Shown here piece after piece: positions 61,575-64,000 of a DNA stretch of 64,000 nucleotides. Source of the stretch: Lepidodermella squamata. Taxonomy: Eukaryota > Animalia > Gastrotricha. The position numbers were made by a program, and so were the translations under genes. Location: assembly GCA_047495785.1 (NCBI GenBank), contig JBLDXI010000045.1, positions 310,001 to 374,000 on the forward strand, given 5' to 3'. Within the stretch, counting starts at the first letter, position 1. Each line of letters begins with the position of its first letter. A model generated the notes under the pieces. The model was given only the letters and a program-made list of their open reading frames with translations. It did not search any database and had not been told where the DNA came from.

Positions 61575-61990
61575 CCAATTGTCATTCAATATGTCACATG
61601 GTCCAAGGCGGAGATTTCGTTGAGACCTGTCGATTCACTTCAAAATGCTACGGCAACAAAACACTGTATATCCTACCAAAATTGCCTTGTCATGCAGTAG
61701 TTATTACATATTTGTTACTTAATCCGCACCGGCCATGGATTGGGCTTGGGGCGCAACAACAATTCATTTACATACTTTGTAAATCAAAATAAACAACTGT
61801 AACTGCTTACCAGTTTTATTTTCTATATAAATGCCTGTGTGATTTATATCCCCTAGAAAAATAGTTCCCAAAGTATAGGATCGCCTCAATCGATAATCGA
61901 TAACATCGGTAATAGGTAATCGATATCGAAAATTTGAGCATAAGCTCCTGTTATTAGGGTGCGCTTTAAGCGGAGAATAAAAACTCACAA

Positions 61991-63220
61991 ACTAATCGGC
62001 AGACCGTCGTAACAGCAAATACCCAAAACAGCAAACGCAACATAGCAACAAACTTTTCTACTTGCGACATAACAGCAGAAACACAATGCACCTTTTACAT
62101 AGGGGGTTGTGATCGAAAGGTGCATCAAATTGTTTCGAAATGTTCGAGCTTTGTTTCAGTTTGTTTCACTTTGTCTGGGAATACATCTGAATTATTACGG
62201 AATAGTTGAAAATTTCCCCAAAAATGAGGTGATCGAACGGATTTTTTCACAATTTTACGCGAATTTCACGTTTACTCTCAGAAGTAATTCGAAGTATCCT
62301 ATAGTATCTGTTTACTCACTGAAATAAGTGATTTTTCTGCTCAAATAATTGGAATATCGTAACAAATGTGAAACAATTTGACCCCCAGTCCCGACTGGGG
62401 GTCAAATTACCCCCAGAAATAGTAAAATCATGGTGCTTTTGATGGATGATTCACGCGAACAACAGAAATCTAATTAATTTCTCTTGATACTCCCGCTTGG
62501 TTCTAAACCCCTGACACGGATCACTAAAATGGCATTCCCTACTACAATAGAACCAGGCTGCTTCCATCCGACTTCCGATGCTGTCTCATTTTTGGAAAAT
62601 CGTTACATGAGTAGTAGATAAGTTGAGAGTTGATTACCATAAATGCCGAATTATTAGGCACTGTCCTCTATTTTTGACGGACCTTCTCAGAAAAATAAGT
62701 TGCTCACCTAGAACTGCTCCCTGAGATCGATCTAAAACAGGCCTTGAATTCTTAGGAGGGTCTAATGTCTAATCCAGAATCCAGCCTATTATTTGGATAC
62801 TGCCTTATGATTCGGTATTTATGGTAGCTAATTTGAGGGCTAGCGAACTGATGAATGTCTCCTCTGCTATTAGCCTATTGAATATCAGCCTCCATAGAAA
62901 TGGTCAAGTCCTTTTTCGACCGTTAGCCTTTGAAGCGGTGTACACTTAGGTGAAACAAAGGTGAAATTAACAACTACCTTTTGAATCCAAATCATTAATC
63001 AGGCCGAGACGATCATGTAGACTCCTGCTTTAGAATCGATTTTTCTAAATTATTTTTTTAAAGTGAGACTATTTGTTCGAAAAAGGTAAAAAATGACCTA
63101 AATTATGCACTCTTCGATCACAACCCCCATAGTAAGTTTTCGCTGTTTTGTCGCGAAATAAAAAAATTGCTGTTTTGTCGCACTCGCTGTTTTGCGTAGT
63201 TGCTGTTTTGTCGCCGTACC
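61991..63220. mobile_element. Inverted-repeat insertion specific to copy B
   Basis: Absent at the corresponding site (~19070) in copy A. aacagcaa subunits on the left mirror ttgctgttt subunits on the right, and ggggttgtgatcgaa...gtgcat is inverted as atgcac...ttcgatcacaacccc. Confidence 0.75.
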
Positions 63221-63706
63221 AACAAATCACCTGAATATCGCATCGCTGGAAATATAATGGATCATCGATTTTCATTATCGAAAGTGAAGGCATGGACAGG
63301 GGACAGGGTAATCTGATGTTGAAAAGTTGACGTCAAATATAATCGTGTAAAATACCGAAAATTAACGAACAATTTATAAACGAGTTTGTCGGGTTTTCTT
63401 CACTGAAATCGTCGATAAATTATATGGGGAACGCTCCCCATAGCTTCGATTTGGGGAAATTATTGAATTTTATGCCAAAACTCAGTTGCACAACTTTGTA
63501 CCAGCAGCAAAATTCATGTTAAAAAACGCATGTATATTGATCGCTGTATCATTTACTTCCATTAAAAGGCCGCCGATCCAGATTCAATTGAAAAAGGTAT
63601 AAGATAACATTCAAAAACATTCAAAACCGGACGCAGAGAAATTGAATTTTTGCAAGTCATATCAATAATATAGGAAAGCGAGATCAAAGTTGTATCGAGT
63701 GAGTCA

Positions 63707-64000
63707 TCAAAATCGTGCAATTTGATCGATAGCTAATGATTGCCGATGTTGGCACGTGACACTGTCGCATTTCGAGCATTTATAAAATATCGTCTCATCA
63801 ACTGTTTTGATTCTGCAAAGTTGTATCATTCTATCATTGGAACAACCGACATCCGGTTCTTTCGAAATTTCCGATTTCCGGCGATTATTCTGGCCATAAT
63901 TGTCACTATGACCTAGTAAAGGCGATGTGTTATTGTCGCCAGCATTCGTCGTTGTAGTTCGTCGAGGGATAAAATCGGTTGTAACAAAACTATTCTGCCG
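63707..64000 (-). CDS. Last exon (partial) of a duplicate of the 19549-28515 GPCR
   Basis: Open frame RQNSFVTTDFIPRR...IDQIARF*, with a few replacements relative to copy A (S>G, C>S, N>Y, S>N). Confidence 0.85.
   Translation of the reverse strand, partial: RQNSFVTTDFIPRRTTTTNAGDNNTSPLLGHSDNYGQNNRRKSEISKEPDVGCSNDRMIQLCRIKTVDETIFYKCSKCDSVTCQHRQSLAIDQIARF

Larger units (their letters stand above)
58967..64000 (+). repeat. Segmental duplication, copy B (matches 16041-19842, runs off the window)
   Basis: Similarity begins abruptly at 58967. This copy carries extra insertions at 59937-60377 and about 61991-63220, and lacks the ~600 nt found at about 18325-18925 in copy A. Confidence 0.95.

Overview
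Eukaryotic (metazoan, probably invertebrate) DNA from a compact genome. Most introns are about 49-61 nt; a few are inflated to 1.3-4.5 kb by transposon debris. I assembled the spliced gene models by hand, checking exon phase at most junctions. Left to right: two tandem ACOT/BAAT-family enzymes with a Cys nucleophile; a tandem pair of C2H2 zinc-finger genes (one frameshifted); two orphan single-pass membrane proteins; a two-exon secreted 8-Cys knottin (agouti/agatoxin-like spacing) that the ORF track does not show in spliced form; a five-exon melanocortin-receptor-like class A GPCR (minus strand, 19549-28515) tail-to-tail with the knottin; furry; a tight same-strand run OXSM - NSD - THNSL2 - EMC10 - putative prohormone; an orphan type I membrane protein; and the 3' half of a second melanocortin-like GPCR. 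That second receptor is cut at 58967, where a diverged copy of region 16041-19842 begins (second knottin plus the last exon of another GPCR copy). The best candidate for an undescribed system is the physically linked, co-duplicated agouti-like knottin plus melanocortin-like receptor. The pairing is inference from motif similarity and proximity, not a demonstrated ligand-receptor relationship. Reference sequences quoted for comparison are from memory; no searches were run, and the organism is not identified.
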